Below, one piece after another: positions 1-9,157 of a stretch of DNA of 64,000 nt. How positions within the stretch are numbered: position 1 is the stretch's first letter; every line of letters begins with the position of its first letter. The notes beneath the pieces were generated by a model. That model worked only from the letters and a program-made list of their open reading frames with translations. It did not search any database and was not told where the DNA came from. Both the position numbers and the translations under genes were made by a program. Source of the DNA: Micavibrio sp. UBA6145 (GTDB lineage: Bacteria > Pseudomonadota > Alphaproteobacteria > Micavibrionales > UBA1664). Location: assembly GCA_002423205.1 (NCBI GenBank), contig DIUZ01000024.1, positions 199,891-263,890 on the forward strand. Direction: 5' to 3'.

Positions 1-82
1 CAAACACGATCAGGCTGTAAAAGCCGCGTTTATTGGCGCGAAATTGTTGCAGCCGGCGGCGGGTAAGGGGGGACAGGTTCAT
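1..82 (-). CDS. yejE: ABC transporter permease, YejE-like (5' end only, gene runs off the window)
   Basis: Manual reverse-strand translation from ATG at 82 gives [27 protein letters not shown], the RFRxNxRGxxSL pattern of YejE-type permease N-termini. ATGA overlap with the upstream permease stop at 79-82. Confidence 0.6.
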   Translation of the reverse strand, partial: MNLSPLTRRRLQQFRANKRGFYSLIVF

Positions 83-1200
83 GATGTCCTCGTATTAAAA
101 TCAATGCGCGGGTCGACCAGAACATAGGTGATGTCAGAGAGGATTTTGAGCAGCAGGCCCATCAGCGTGAAGATGTAGAGCGTGCCGAACATCACCGGGT
201 AGTCGCGGTTGATGGTCGATTCAAAACCGAGCAGACCCATACCGTCGAGGGAGAAAATGACCTCGATCAGCAACGATCCTGTGAAGAAGATTGCCATGAA
301 CGCACCGGGGAAACCGGCGATGACGATCAGCATGGCGTTGCGGAAGACATGTTTATACAGCACGCGGCGTTCGGACAGGCCCTTGGCGCGGGCGGTCAGG
401 ACATATTGTTTGCCCAGTTCGTCGATGAACGAATTTTTGGTGAGCATGGTCAGGCCGGCGAAGCCGGAGATGACGAGGGCCATGACAGGCAGGGTGATGT
501 GCCACAGATAATCAATGATCTGACGCCACCACGGGAAATCGCCCCAGCCGTCAGATGTAAGGCCGCGTAATGGGAACCAGTCGAAGTAGCGGCCCCCGGC
601 AAACAGGATGATGAGCAGGATAGCGAACAGGAAGCTGGGTACGGCGTAGCCCACGAAGATGGCACCCGACGACCAGACGTCGAACTGGCTGCCGTCCTTG
701 ACTGCTTTGCGGATGCCAAGCGGGATGGAGATGAGGTAGATCAGCAGCGTCGACCACAGGCCGAGCGATATGGATACGGGCATTTTCTCAAAAATCAGCT
801 GGGTCACGCCGACATCGCGGTAATAGCTCTGCCCGAAATCGAATTTCAGGTAGTTTTTGACCATCAGCCAGAAACGTTCATGCACCGGCTTATCGAAGCC
901 GAATTGTTTTTCAAGCTGCGCGATAAAGGCGGGGTCCAGCCCCTGTGCGCCGCGGTATTTGCCGGATGATCCGCCGCCACCGGCATGTCCTGGTTCGGGG
1001 GCCATGCCCTGGGCGGTGTCGCCGCCATTGCCGGAGAAACGCGCGGTGGCATCCGTCGACAGGCCTTGGACCTTGGCGATCATCTGTTCCACCGGACCGC
1101 CGGGCGCGGCCTGAACAATCGCGAAGTTGAGCAGCATGATCCCGAACAATGTCGGGATGATCAGCAGAAGACGGCGCAGTATGTAGGCGGATATGTTCAT
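79..1200 (-). CDS. yejB: ABC transporter permease, YejB/OppB-like
   Basis: ORF 79..1269 trimmed to ATG 1200 ([26 protein letters not shown]...), a typical OppB/DppB/YejB N-terminus with a multi-TM body. ATGA overlaps at both ends. Confidence 0.85.
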   Translation of the reverse strand: MNISAYILRRLLLIIPTLFGIMLLNFAIVQAAPGGPVEQMIAKVQGLSTDATARFSGNGGDTAQGMAPEPGHAGGGGSSGKYRGAQGLDPAFIAQLEKQFGFDKPVHERFWLMVKNYLKFDFGQSYYRDVGVTQLIFEKMPVSISLGLWSTLLIYLISIPLGIRKAVKDGSQFDVWSSGAIFVGYAVPSFLFAILLIILFAGGRYFDWFPLRGLTSDGWGDFPWWRQIIDYLWHITLPVMALVISGFAGLTMLTKNSFIDELGKQYVLTARAKGLSERRVLYKHVFRNAMLIVIAGFPGAFMAIFFTGSLLIEVIFSLDGMGLLGFESTINRDYPVMFGTLYIFTLMGLLLKILSDITYVLVDPRIDFNTRTS

Positions 1201-1820
1201 GCGGGCGGTTTCACGTTCCAATGGCTGATCATCCACAAACCGCCGGACCCTTCCATGACGGACACGCAACCGGTGCCCATCTTGCGGTTGGGGCCAATGA
1301 CGTCTTCGGCGTTGTTGGCCAGAAGCGGGGCAAAGCGCGCCACGCCGTTGGATGTGACGACCAACACGGTTTTATCGTCGTAAGCCTTTTCGCAATGCGC
1401 GGCGAAGTCGAACCAGCGTTTGCGCAACACGTCCGGCTGCGGCGACCATTCGCGCGGCATGACGTTGTTGCTTTCCCATTGGCCGAAGCTGGCGGCACCG
1501 ATGCGGGCGACGATCTCGGGGTCGGTTTTGTTTTCATCCGGTCCATGGTCGATTTCGTCGAACATATCGCTCTGATGGATCGCGCGGGTAACGCCCAGTT
1601 GTGCGATAACACCCTGCGCCGTTTCAATCGTGCGCTTCAGACGCGATGTATACACGATATCGGGCAGAAGATTATTGTCCTTGAGGTATTTGCCAAGGCG
1701 CGTGGCCTGCGCATGGCCGGTTTCGACCAGCGGCAAATCGGTGGGGGCACCCACGCGGCGCGGTGTTTCATCAGGTTTGAACGTGTTGCCGTGACGGGCA
1801 ATGAGAAGGCGGACGGTCAT
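1197..1820 (-). CDS. Histidine phosphatase family protein (phosphoglycerate mutase-like)
   Basis: N-terminal RHG catalytic motif (LLIARHGNT). The usual distal SHG appears as SNG ([10 protein letters not shown]). ATGA overlaps with both neighbours. Confidence 0.7.
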   Translation of the reverse strand: MTVRLLIARHGNTFKPDETPRRVGAPTDLPLVETGHAQATRLGKYLKDNNLLPDIVYTSRLKRTIETAQGVIAQLGVTRAIHQSDMFDEIDHGPDENKTDPEIVARIGAASFGQWESNNVMPREWSPQPDVLRKRWFDFAAHCEKAYDDKTVLVVTSNGVARFAPLLANNAEDVIGPNRKMGTGCVSVMEGSGGLWMISHWNVKPPA

Positions 1821-2611
1821 GCGGCAAGCAACCTTTTTGCGCGTTCAAGATCTTCAGGGGAATCGATGCCGGAATGGATCAGCGTGCCTGGGTCGATGGT
1901 CACACACTGGATGGGGATGCCGTTTTCAAGGAAGCGCAGCTGTTCCAGGCCTTCGAGTTCTTCATACACACCGGCTTTGGTATTGGTGAAACGTTCAAGC
2001 GCGCTGAGCTGGTATCCATACAGGCCCAGATGCTGATACACGGGCGAGAAGGGTGATTGTTCGCGCAGGTCTTTTTCCTTGCGGATGCCGGGGATGATGT
2101 TTTTTGAAAACCACAAGGCGCGGCTTTGCTGGCTGACGGCGACGGTGGTGCCGGAAAACGGCGTGGTTTTTTTGGATTCCCGCAGATTGTCGAGTTCTTC
2201 CCATTTCAGGCGTTTGACCGGCGTGGCCACGCGCGTGGCCGGGTGGGTCCAGAATTCGTTCAGTACGCCCTTGATGGCGCTGACGGGCATAAGCGGTGCG
2301 TCACCCTGTAGGTTGATGACAACGTCATCAGATTTCATGCCCAGCTGATCAGCGGCGGCGATGACACGGTCGGAGCCGGTCGCGCAATCCGCCGAGGTCA
2401 TCAGGACGGTAAAATTTTTGGACTGGCAGAACGATGCAATACGTTCGTCGTCGGTGGCAATCGCCACGCGCACATCCGGGTCGTTGCCGACGGCTTCCAG
2501 CGCCTTGGCATGCACGTGTTCGATCATCGCCTTGTCACCCAGCATGGCCAGCGGCTTGCCGGGAAAGCGGGTCGACCCGAAACGGGCGGGGATGATAATG
2601 CTGATGCTCAT
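1817..2611 (-). CDS. kdsB: 3-deoxy-manno-octulosonate cytidylyltransferase (CMP-Kdo synthetase)
   Basis: 264 aa. The MSISIIIPARFGSTRFPGKPL N-terminus and overall length and pattern are typical of KdsB. Confidence 0.9.
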   Translation of the reverse strand: MSISIIIPARFGSTRFPGKPLAMLGDKAMIEHVHAKALEAVGNDPDVRVAIATDDERIASFCQSKNFTVLMTSADCATGSDRVIAAADQLGMKSDDVVINLQGDAPLMPVSAIKGVLNEFWTHPATRVATPVKRLKWEELDNLRESKKTTPFSGTTVAVSQQSRALWFSKNIIPGIRKEKDLREQSPFSPVYQHLGLYGYQLSALERFTNTKAGVYEELEGLEQLRFLENGIPIQCVTIDPGTLIHSGIDSPEDLERAKRLLAA

Positions 2612-2680
2612 GGGCAGAAGTTTAATGGTATCAGCGGCTTATGGAAGCCCTTATTTGGCGGTTTTTGTCTTCGCCCGCCG

Positions 2681-4480
2681 CTATTGTTTTGGTTGCTTTG
2701 CCCACCATGTGTCAGCAATGCCCAGATCATACGGGGCCTGCACTTTCGGGCGTTCGAAGTTTGCCCAGTGCGCGACGCGCCATGTGTCGGCATACCATTG
2801 CGGCACGACGTAATAATTCCACAACAGGACACGGTCCATTGCCTTGACGGCGGCGGTCAGGTCTTCCTGTGTGTTGGCCTGTGTGATTTTGTTGATGAGC
2901 GCGTCGACGACCGGGTTTTTGATGCCGATAAGGTTGCGGGAACCGGGGGCGTCAGCCTTTTCCGAACCCCAGAATTCACGCTGTTCATTGCCGGGCGAGA
3001 GCGACTGGCCGAAGCCGGAAACCGTCATGTCGAAATCAAAATCATTCATGCGCGCGACGGTTTGCGACGTGTCGATGATGCGGAACGTGGCTTCGACGCC
3101 GATGCGTTTGAGATTGCGGATATAGGGCAGTACCCAGCGTTCGAATTCCGGCTGGTTCTCAATGATCTCGAACGACAGGCGCACGCCGTCCTTGGCACGG
3201 ACGCCGTCGGTGCCGACTTTCCAGCCGGCATCATCCAAAATTTTCATCGCGGTGCGCAGATTGGCGCGGGCATCGCCCGATCCGTCAGTGACAGGGTTTT
3301 TAAATTCCTGCGTGAAAACTTCCGGGGGAAGTTTGTCTTTGAATTCGTTCAGGATTGCCAGTTCCTTGCCCGTGGGAAGGCCGGTTGCGGCGTAGAACGA
3401 GTTGGTGAAATAGGAATAGCTGCGCTTATACGCGCCGTGGGCCATGGCCTTGTTACCCCATTCGAAATCGAAGGCGTATTGCATGGCCTTGCGCACGGCG
3501 ATGTCCTTAAACACAGGGCGGCGGGTATTCATGACGAAACCCTGCATGCCTGCGGGCAGGCCGTTTTTAATTTCTTCCTTAACGATGCGGCCGTCCTTCA
3601 CGGGCGGCGCGTCGTATCCGGTGGCCCAGACCTTGGCGATGTTTTCCTGGCGCACGTCATAGCGGCCGGCGAAGAATGCTTCCACCACCACGGTGGTGTC
3701 GCGGTAATAGTCGATGACAAGACGGTCGAAATTATAACGGCCCTTGTTGACGGGCAGGTTTTCACCCCACCAGTTTTTGACGCGTTCAAACGTGATGGAA
3801 TGGCCGGGGTCGATGGTGGCGACCTTGTAGGGGCCAGCGCCAATCGGGCGTTCAAGCGTGGTTTTTGTAAAGTCGCGCTTGTCCCAGTAATGTTTGGGCA
3901 GCACCGGCAACTGGCCGACGATCAGAGGCAATTCGCGGTTGCCCGCCTTTTTGAATTTGAATGTAACGCGGGTGGGGCTTTCGGCGGTGGCGCTTGCAAC
4001 TTCGCTGTAATACGACGCGTAAAAGGGTGCGCCTTTTTCCATCAGCGTGTTGAACGACCACACGACATCCGCGGCGGTGACGGGTTTGCCATCTTCCCAC
4101 ACGGGATTTTTGCGCAGGTTAAAGGTGACGTAAGACCGGTCTTCCGGCATCTCGACGCTTTCGGCCAGAAAACCGTATTCGGCAAACGCCTCGTCAGATG
4201 ATGATGTCATCAGGGTCGGGTAAATCATGCCGACATTCGCGGCGGGTACGCCCTTGACCAGAAACGGGTTCATCGAGTCATACGTGCCGATGGCGGACAG
4301 GCGCAGCGTGCCGCCCTTGGGGGCATCGGGATTCACGTATTCAAAATGTTTGAAATCAGCGGGGTATTTGAGGCTTCCGTAAATGGCCAGACCATGAACC
4401 GGGTTGGCGGCGAAAGCGGAAAGGGGGCAAAGCAAAGCGGCAGTTAGCAATAAAGCGCGCAATGAGAAAAGGCTGGGCAT
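2681..4480 (-). CDS. yejA: ABC transporter periplasmic substrate-binding protein, family 5 (YejA/OppA-like)
   Basis: 599 aa with a signal peptide (LLLTAALLCPLSAFA). Size and composition fit peptide-binding SBPs, and it sits at the head of the permease operon. Confidence 0.8.
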   Translation of the reverse strand: MPSLFSLRALLLTAALLCPLSAFAANPVHGLAIYGSLKYPADFKHFEYVNPDAPKGGTLRLSAIGTYDSMNPFLVKGVPAANVGMIYPTLMTSSSDEAFAEYGFLAESVEMPEDRSYVTFNLRKNPVWEDGKPVTAADVVWSFNTLMEKGAPFYASYYSEVASATAESPTRVTFKFKKAGNRELPLIVGQLPVLPKHYWDKRDFTKTTLERPIGAGPYKVATIDPGHSITFERVKNWWGENLPVNKGRYNFDRLVIDYYRDTTVVVEAFFAGRYDVRQENIAKVWATGYDAPPVKDGRIVKEEIKNGLPAGMQGFVMNTRRPVFKDIAVRKAMQYAFDFEWGNKAMAHGAYKRSYSYFTNSFYAATGLPTGKELAILNEFKDKLPPEVFTQEFKNPVTDGSGDARANLRTAMKILDDAGWKVGTDGVRAKDGVRLSFEIIENQPEFERWVLPYIRNLKRIGVEATFRIIDTSQTVARMNDFDFDMTVSGFGQSLSPGNEQREFWGSEKADAPGSRNLIGIKNPVVDALINKITQANTQEDLTAAVKAMDRVLLWNYYVVPQWYADTWRVAHWANFERPKVQAPYDLGIADTWWAKQPKQ

Positions 4481-4514
4481 GGAACCTCATGTAAAAGAGA
4501 GTTAGACTATAGCC

Positions 4515-4949
4515 ATGAAAATCCTGTTTGTCTGCACCGGCAATATCTGCAGATCCCCCACCGCGCACGCGGTTTTGCGCCATCTGGCGGCGGAATCAGG
4601 CGCGGATGTTTATGTCGAATCCGCAGGCACCCATGCGTATCATGTGGGGCATGGGTCCGATCCGCGTTCGGTCGCGGCGGCCAGATTGCGCGGCTACGAC
4701 ATGTCGGATATCCGCGCACGGCAGGTGACGTTCGGCGATTTTGAAGATTTCGACCTTATCCTTGCGATGGACGCGGGGCATAAGCAGATTTTGGAAAAAG
4801 CCGCGCCCAAGGCGCTGCACCACAAGATCAAAATGTTCGACGATATCGATGTTGGTGATCCGTATTACGGATCAGGCGACGGGTTTGAGCGCGTGCTCGA
4901 CCAGATCGAGGTCGCGTGCAGGCGGTGGCTTACCAATATTCGTATATAA
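4515..4949 (+). CDS. Low-molecular-weight protein-tyrosine phosphatase
   Basis: C-X5-R-S P-loop (VCTGNICRS) at the N-terminus and a DPYYG motif near the C-terminus. 144 aa. Confidence 0.85.
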   Translation: MKILFVCTGNICRSPTAHAVLRHLAAESGADVYVESAGTHAYHVGHGSDPRSVAAARLRGYDMSDIRARQVTFGDFEDFDLILAMDAGHKQILEKAAPKALHHKIKMFDDIDVGDPYYGSGDGFERVLDQIEVACRRWLTNIRI

Positions 4950-5119
4950 AAGCACAGCTTAGACAGATGGCTTACACAAAATCGCTGGGTTGATGACGTA
5001 ATTTGTGGTCTTAACCCGTTCTCGATTTTTTCCGACACTGTGGTGTAGCCGGACATGGAATAACCGGCACCGTAAAGCTAGATTTGGACACTGGGTTGTT
5101 GTGTCTCTAGGTGGCTTGA

Positions 5120-5662
5120 TCAGATACGAAAATTGGCAGTGATTGTTGGAAAATGACGGGCCGTATTTGCGCTGACTGCAATATTGCCACTACTTGAAAC
5201 GGGAAACTGTCCAGAGGCGATAGATGCATCCTTGCCCACATGTTCGACAATCCCCGCAATGCTTTTGGATTCTACGCCGTTGACGTCTTGCATGTGCGGG
5301 CCGATCTTAAATGTTTCAACTCGAACAATATCGCCGGGGTGGAGTGATGACACAATCGCGTCAACTGAAGGTTTGGGCGCAATCATTAGAGGGTTAGGCG
5401 TTTTGTGAACAAGAAGTTCACCGCACTCTTTTGTAATGACTACAGGAGTGGGCATTTCCACAGACACATTTCGTAATCCTTTGCCTACGATTTGCGCCAT
5501 TCTCCCTGTAACTGTACCCATGAGAACATCGGTAACAGTGCAGGTCTCCAGTGCGCGGCTTTGTTCTTGATAGATACGCGTATTGATCGCCGGTGCCGCC
5601 AATACACCGGCCGCGGCCGTCATTGCGGCTAAGGTGAAAGCTTCTTTTAAAAATCCACGCAT
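5120..5662 (-). CDS. Hypothetical secreted protein
   Basis: 180-aa ORF with a signal-peptide-like N-terminus (TLAAMTAAAGVLAAP). No recognisable motif. Local GC is lower (~50% in one 60-nt spot count). Confidence 0.4.
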   Translation of the reverse strand: MRGFLKEAFTLAAMTAAAGVLAAPAINTRIYQEQSRALETCTVTDVLMGTVTGRMAQIVGKGLRNVSVEMPTPVVITKECGELLVHKTPNPLMIAPKPSVDAIVSSLHPGDIVRVETFKIGPHMQDVNGVESKSIAGIVEHVGKDASIASGQFPVSSSGNIAVSANTARHFPTITANFRI

Positions 5663-5694
5663 ACTTGGACTGTATCATTTTCCGTAAAATTGGT

Positions 5695-6540
5695 CTATAT
5701 ATTAAATCCGTGAATTAAACCAATGGGTTGTGGCTGTCCTTTAAGTACGGTTTTGAGCTTGTCGGGATCGATATGGTCGTTCAATGACACTTCATCCCAG
5801 TGGATGCCTTCGACGTTCCAGACAACATCACAGCCAAACGTGTTGGCACCGCCGACATCGGTCAGCAGGCCGTCGCCGATGGCGAGGATTTTTGATTTGT
5901 CTGGTTTGCCCAGTGTTTCCCATGCCTGGTCGTAGATCGGCCTGAACGGTTTGCCGAACCACACGACCCTGCCACCGGCGTTTTCGTAAGCTTCAGCGAG
6001 CGAACCGACGCAGAGATGCAGCGTGCCGCCATTGACGACGACGCGATCCGGGTTGCCGCAGATGAATGGAATATCGCGTGCATGCGCGGCTTTGAGCACG
6101 GCATCATACGTATCGCTTTGCGCGTTATAGGGGATGAGGGATGCGTAGATGAAATCGGCTTCATTGATGTCGTAGACGCGATTGATATCGAGATGTTCAA
6201 GCGCGGTCGGGTTTTCATCATCCCAGAATGTGTAGACATTTTGCCCGGCGTGATGCTGGGCCATGTAATCATGTGCGGCTTCACCGGATGTCATGATGTA
6301 CTGGTAGGTATCAGCCGGAATACCAATGGGGTTCAGCACTTTTTCCACAACGCGCGATGCGCGGTTGGGCGAATTGGATAACAGAAGTGCGGTCTTGCCC
6401 TTTGATTGCAGGTAGCGCATGGCGTCGGCCGCGCCGGGATAGGCGTTGTTGCCGTCGTGCAGGACACCCCAGATATCGATCAGGAAAAAATCATACGCGT
6501 CGGTAAAATCGGCAATGCCTTTGAACAGTTTCGGGGTCAT
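5695..6540 (-). CDS. HAD-superfamily hydrolase, subfamily IIA-like
   Basis: HAD motif I DxWGV (FLIDIWGVLHDG) and motif IV (ILAIGDGLLTDVGGA). ATGA overlap with pyrD at 6537-6540. Confidence 0.7.
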   Translation of the reverse strand: MTPKLFKGIADFTDAYDFFLIDIWGVLHDGNNAYPGAADAMRYLQSKGKTALLLSNSPNRASRVVEKVLNPIGIPADTYQYIMTSGEAAHDYMAQHHAGQNVYTFWDDENPTALEHLDINRVYDINEADFIYASLIPYNAQSDTYDAVLKAAHARDIPFICGNPDRVVVNGGTLHLCVGSLAEAYENAGGRVVWFGKPFRPIYDQAWETLGKPDKSKILAIGDGLLTDVGGANTFGCDVVWNVEGIHWDEVSLNDHIDPDKLKTVLKGQPQPIGLIHGFNI

Positions 6541-7616
6541 TCTACGTCCACGCCGACGGCGTCTTTGATGTTGTTGAATCCGTCGCGGGCCAGCAGGGCC
6601 GCGAGGTCGTGCTTGATTTTGCCGATCAGTGCCGGGCCTTCGAACACGAGCGCGGAGTAAAGTTGCACCAGGGACGCGCCGCTGCGGATTTTTTCGTAGG
6701 CGTCGATACCGGATGAAATGCCGCCGACGCCGATGATCGGCAGTTTGCCGCCGGTCAGTTGATAGAATGTGCGGATGATGGCGGTGGATTTGTTGCGCAC
6801 ATGCGGGCCCGAAAGGCCGCCGGTCTCATCGCGGAACGGTTGGGGCAGGGATTCAGGGCGATCGGTGGTGGTGTTGGCCAGCACAAGGCCATCGACACCG
6901 GATTCAATGATGACGTTTGCGATGTCTTCGCATTCATCGTCGGCCAGATCGGGGGCGAGCTTGATAAACAACGGCGTGCTGCGTGCGCCTGCGCAAATCT
7001 GATCACGCTTTGCGACCAGCGCATCCAGAAGCGGCAGCAGGATTTCGCGGCCCTGCAATGTGCGCAGGCCCGGCGTATTGGGCGACGAGATGTTGACGGC
7101 CAGGTAATCCGCCGTGAGCCCAAATTTTTCAATCAGGGTCAGGTAGTCGGCGGCGGGGTCTTTGGTGTCTTTGTTCTTGGCGATGTTGATGCCAACCACG
7201 GCGTCGGGTGTGGTGCCGTGCTTGCGGAAATGGTCGTAGCGGTCGGCGAAGACGTTCATGCCTTCGTTGCTCATGCCCATGCGGTTGATGACCGAGCGGC
7301 TGTGCGGGTCGCGGAACAGGCGCGGGCGCGGGTTGCCGTATTGGGGTTTGGGTGTTACCGAACCCGCCTCCATGAAACCAATGCCAAGGCGCTGGGCTTC
7401 GTCGATCACAAAGGCGTTCTTGTCGAACCCGGCGGATATGCCGACGGGGTTAGAAAAATCCATGTCCAGTATGCTCTGGCGCAGACGCGCGTCGTGCGGC
7501 GTATGGTCGGCGGGCACCAGTTTCCATTTCAGGGCCTGCAGGGCGATCTTGTGTGCGTTTTCCGCGTCCATGCGGAAGAGAATGGGTCGAATGAGCGGAT
7601 ATAAATTCACGCTCAT
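6537..7616 (-). CDS. pyrD: Dihydroorotate dehydrogenase (quinone), class 2
   Basis: ORF trimmed to ATG 7616 (MSVNLYPLIRPILFRMDAENAHK). Active-site loop NISSPNTPGLR. ATGA overlap with pgsA at 7613-7616. Confidence 0.9.
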   Translation of the reverse strand: MSVNLYPLIRPILFRMDAENAHKIALQALKWKLVPADHTPHDARLRQSILDMDFSNPVGISAGFDKNAFVIDEAQRLGIGFMEAGSVTPKPQYGNPRPRLFRDPHSRSVINRMGMSNEGMNVFADRYDHFRKHGTTPDAVVGINIAKNKDTKDPAADYLTLIEKFGLTADYLAVNISSPNTPGLRTLQGREILLPLLDALVAKRDQICAGARSTPLFIKLAPDLADDECEDIANVIIESGVDGLVLANTTTDRPESLPQPFRDETGGLSGPHVRNKSTAIIRTFYQLTGGKLPIIGVGGISSGIDAYEKIRSGASLVQLYSALVFEGPALIGKIKHDLAALLARDGFNNIKDAVGVDVE

Positions 7617-8194
7617 GGTTTTTTTTCGTCCATGGTCTTGATGATGGCCAGACCCTTTTTCATGTAATCCCAGCCGGTGATGACGGTGAGCAGGGCGGCA
7701 ATGCACAGGCCGATCTGGCCGATCAGCAGATTATGCGGGACCAGTTCCTCGCCATGTCCGCCCATGATCAGGAAACCCATGGCCACCATCTGGCTTGTGG
7801 TTTTCCATTTCGCCAGTTTGGAGACCGGCAGAATGATGCGGTGCGGACCCAGAAATTCCCGCAGGCCCGCGATGAGCATTTCGCGGCTCATGATCAGTAC
7901 GGCGGGAATGGTCCAGAGGCCGGGCAGGCGGTCGAACGAGGCAAGGATGATCAGCATGGATGCGATCAGAAGTTTATCGGCAATCGGGTCGAGGAAACGG
8001 CCAAAGGCCGACATCATGTTCCAGCGCCGCGCGAGGTAGCCGTCAAAGAAATCGGTAATCCCGCCCAGAATGAACAATGCCAGCGCCGACCACAGGCTGA
8101 CCTTGGTCTGCATGTAAAAAAGAATCATGACCACGGGAATCACGGCAATGCGTGAGAGGGTCAGAATGTTGGGGATGTTCAAGAGCTTGCGCAT
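7613..8194 (-). CDS. pgsA: CDP-diacylglycerol--glycerol-3-phosphate 3-phosphatidyltransferase
   Basis: CDP-alcohol phosphotransferase motif DFFDGYLARRWNMMSAFGRFLDPIADK. 193 aa, multi-TM. Confidence 0.9.
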   Translation of the reverse strand: MRKLLNIPNILTLSRIAVIPVVMILFYMQTKVSLWSALALFILGGITDFFDGYLARRWNMMSAFGRFLDPIADKLLIASMLIILASFDRLPGLWTIPAVLIMSREMLIAGLREFLGPHRIILPVSKLAKWKTTSQMVAMGFLIMGGHGEELVPHNLLIGQIGLCIAALLTVITGWDYMKKGLAIIKTMDEKKP

Positions 8195-8209
8195 GCTTAT
8201 CGTTTTAGG

Positions 8210-9157
8210 CTAGTTCGTGTGGCCGGGCAACGCCCGGACAAGGGTTTTTGCCAGAAGATCAGAGAGTTTTTTGGCCGATTCCGGCGTCAGGTGGGAGCCG
8301 TCATAGCTCTTATAGCCCGGCCCCGGTTCAACCCACAGGCCGCCGGCCTTTGTAAATCCAGCACGAAAGGCAGATTCGTCAAAACCGCTTTTGGCGGTTT
8401 CGAGCGCCAGCATGGAAGATGTGGTGGGCGGGCGGTATCCGATCACGATAATACCCTGGTTGCGCCAGATTTTGGTCTGGCGGTATACATCATCGATGAT
8501 GCTCTGGCTCACGGTGTTGTTCGTGAACAACTCCTGATAGCTGGAAAGGGCATAGGCGGGGTCGTGTTTAACCCAGTCGGTCTGGAGCCAGCCATCGTCG
8601 TGATATTCCGAAATTTCGTCTGATGTGGGGATGTTCAGATTTCCGGTGATGATCTTGCGCATGCGCTTGGAATCGAGCGGGCGGAAATAATCGCTGAACG
8701 GCGTCGCCTCCGCGCTTTCACCGTGGCGGCGGCGGTAGCTCAGGTAATGTTCGTTCGCCTGTGTCCTGGGTGTCAGGGAATGGGGCGTGATGGCAAGGAT
8801 GACGGCGCGGGGCTTACCCCTGTCGGTCGTCAGCATGCGGTCGACATCAGCGAAAATGACCGGGTTATGCCCGCCGCTGGAAAACCCGTAATTCAAAGCC
8901 TTGGTGCCGGGCAGGGCGGCTTCGAACGCCGCGGGTGAGAGGCCGCGATACAGGCGGGAATCACCGATCATTATGATGTTCTGGGTGCCCGGTGCGTGGC
9001 CGAAGACCTTGCGCAGCCAGAACCGGTCGTCCTTGCGCTGGAATTCATAACTGGTATCAGGTTTGGAATTGTTGACGAGTGCCAACCCCATAAACACAAG
9101 GGCCGCCAGTGCGTAGACGAAAACGCTGCGCTCAGAACTGGAAATAGATAAAGCCAT
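8210..9157 (-). CDS. Membrane-anchored SGNH-type hydrolase/O-acetyltransferase partner of the MBOAT protein
   Basis: ORF trimmed to ATG 9157 (MALSISS...). TM anchor VFVYALAALVFMGLALV, GDS block (IIMIGDSRLY) and distal D-x-x-H block (YDGSHLT). Overlaps the MBOAT stop by 26 nt. Confidence 0.55.
   Translation of the reverse strand: MALSISSSERSVFVYALAALVFMGLALVNNSKPDTSYEFQRKDDRFWLRKVFGHAPGTQNIIMIGDSRLYRGLSPAAFEAALPGTKALNYGFSSGGHNPVIFADVDRMLTTDRGKPRAVILAITPHSLTPRTQANEHYLSYRRRHGESAEATPFSDYFRPLDSKRMRKIITGNLNIPTSDEISEYHDDGWLQTDWVKHDPAYALSSYQELFTNNTVSQSIIDDVYRQTKIWRNQGIIVIGYRPPTTSSMLALETAKSGFDESAFRAGFTKAGGLWVEPGPGYKSYDGSHLTPESAKKLSDLLAKTLVRALPGHTN

Noticed and set aside
2510-4201. 563-aa plus-strand ORF
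   Set aside because: It is antisense to the clearly recognisable family-5 substrate-binding protein gene. Its Arg/Gly/Ala/Val-rich composition is typical of shadow ORFs in high-GC DNA, and it has no motif.
4515-4949. Alternative call as a thioredoxin-coupled arsenate reductase (ArsC, LMW-PTP fold)
   Set aside because: The C-X5-R P-loop is shared by both families. The DPYYG motif and the absence of any ars neighbours favour a tyrosine phosphatase.
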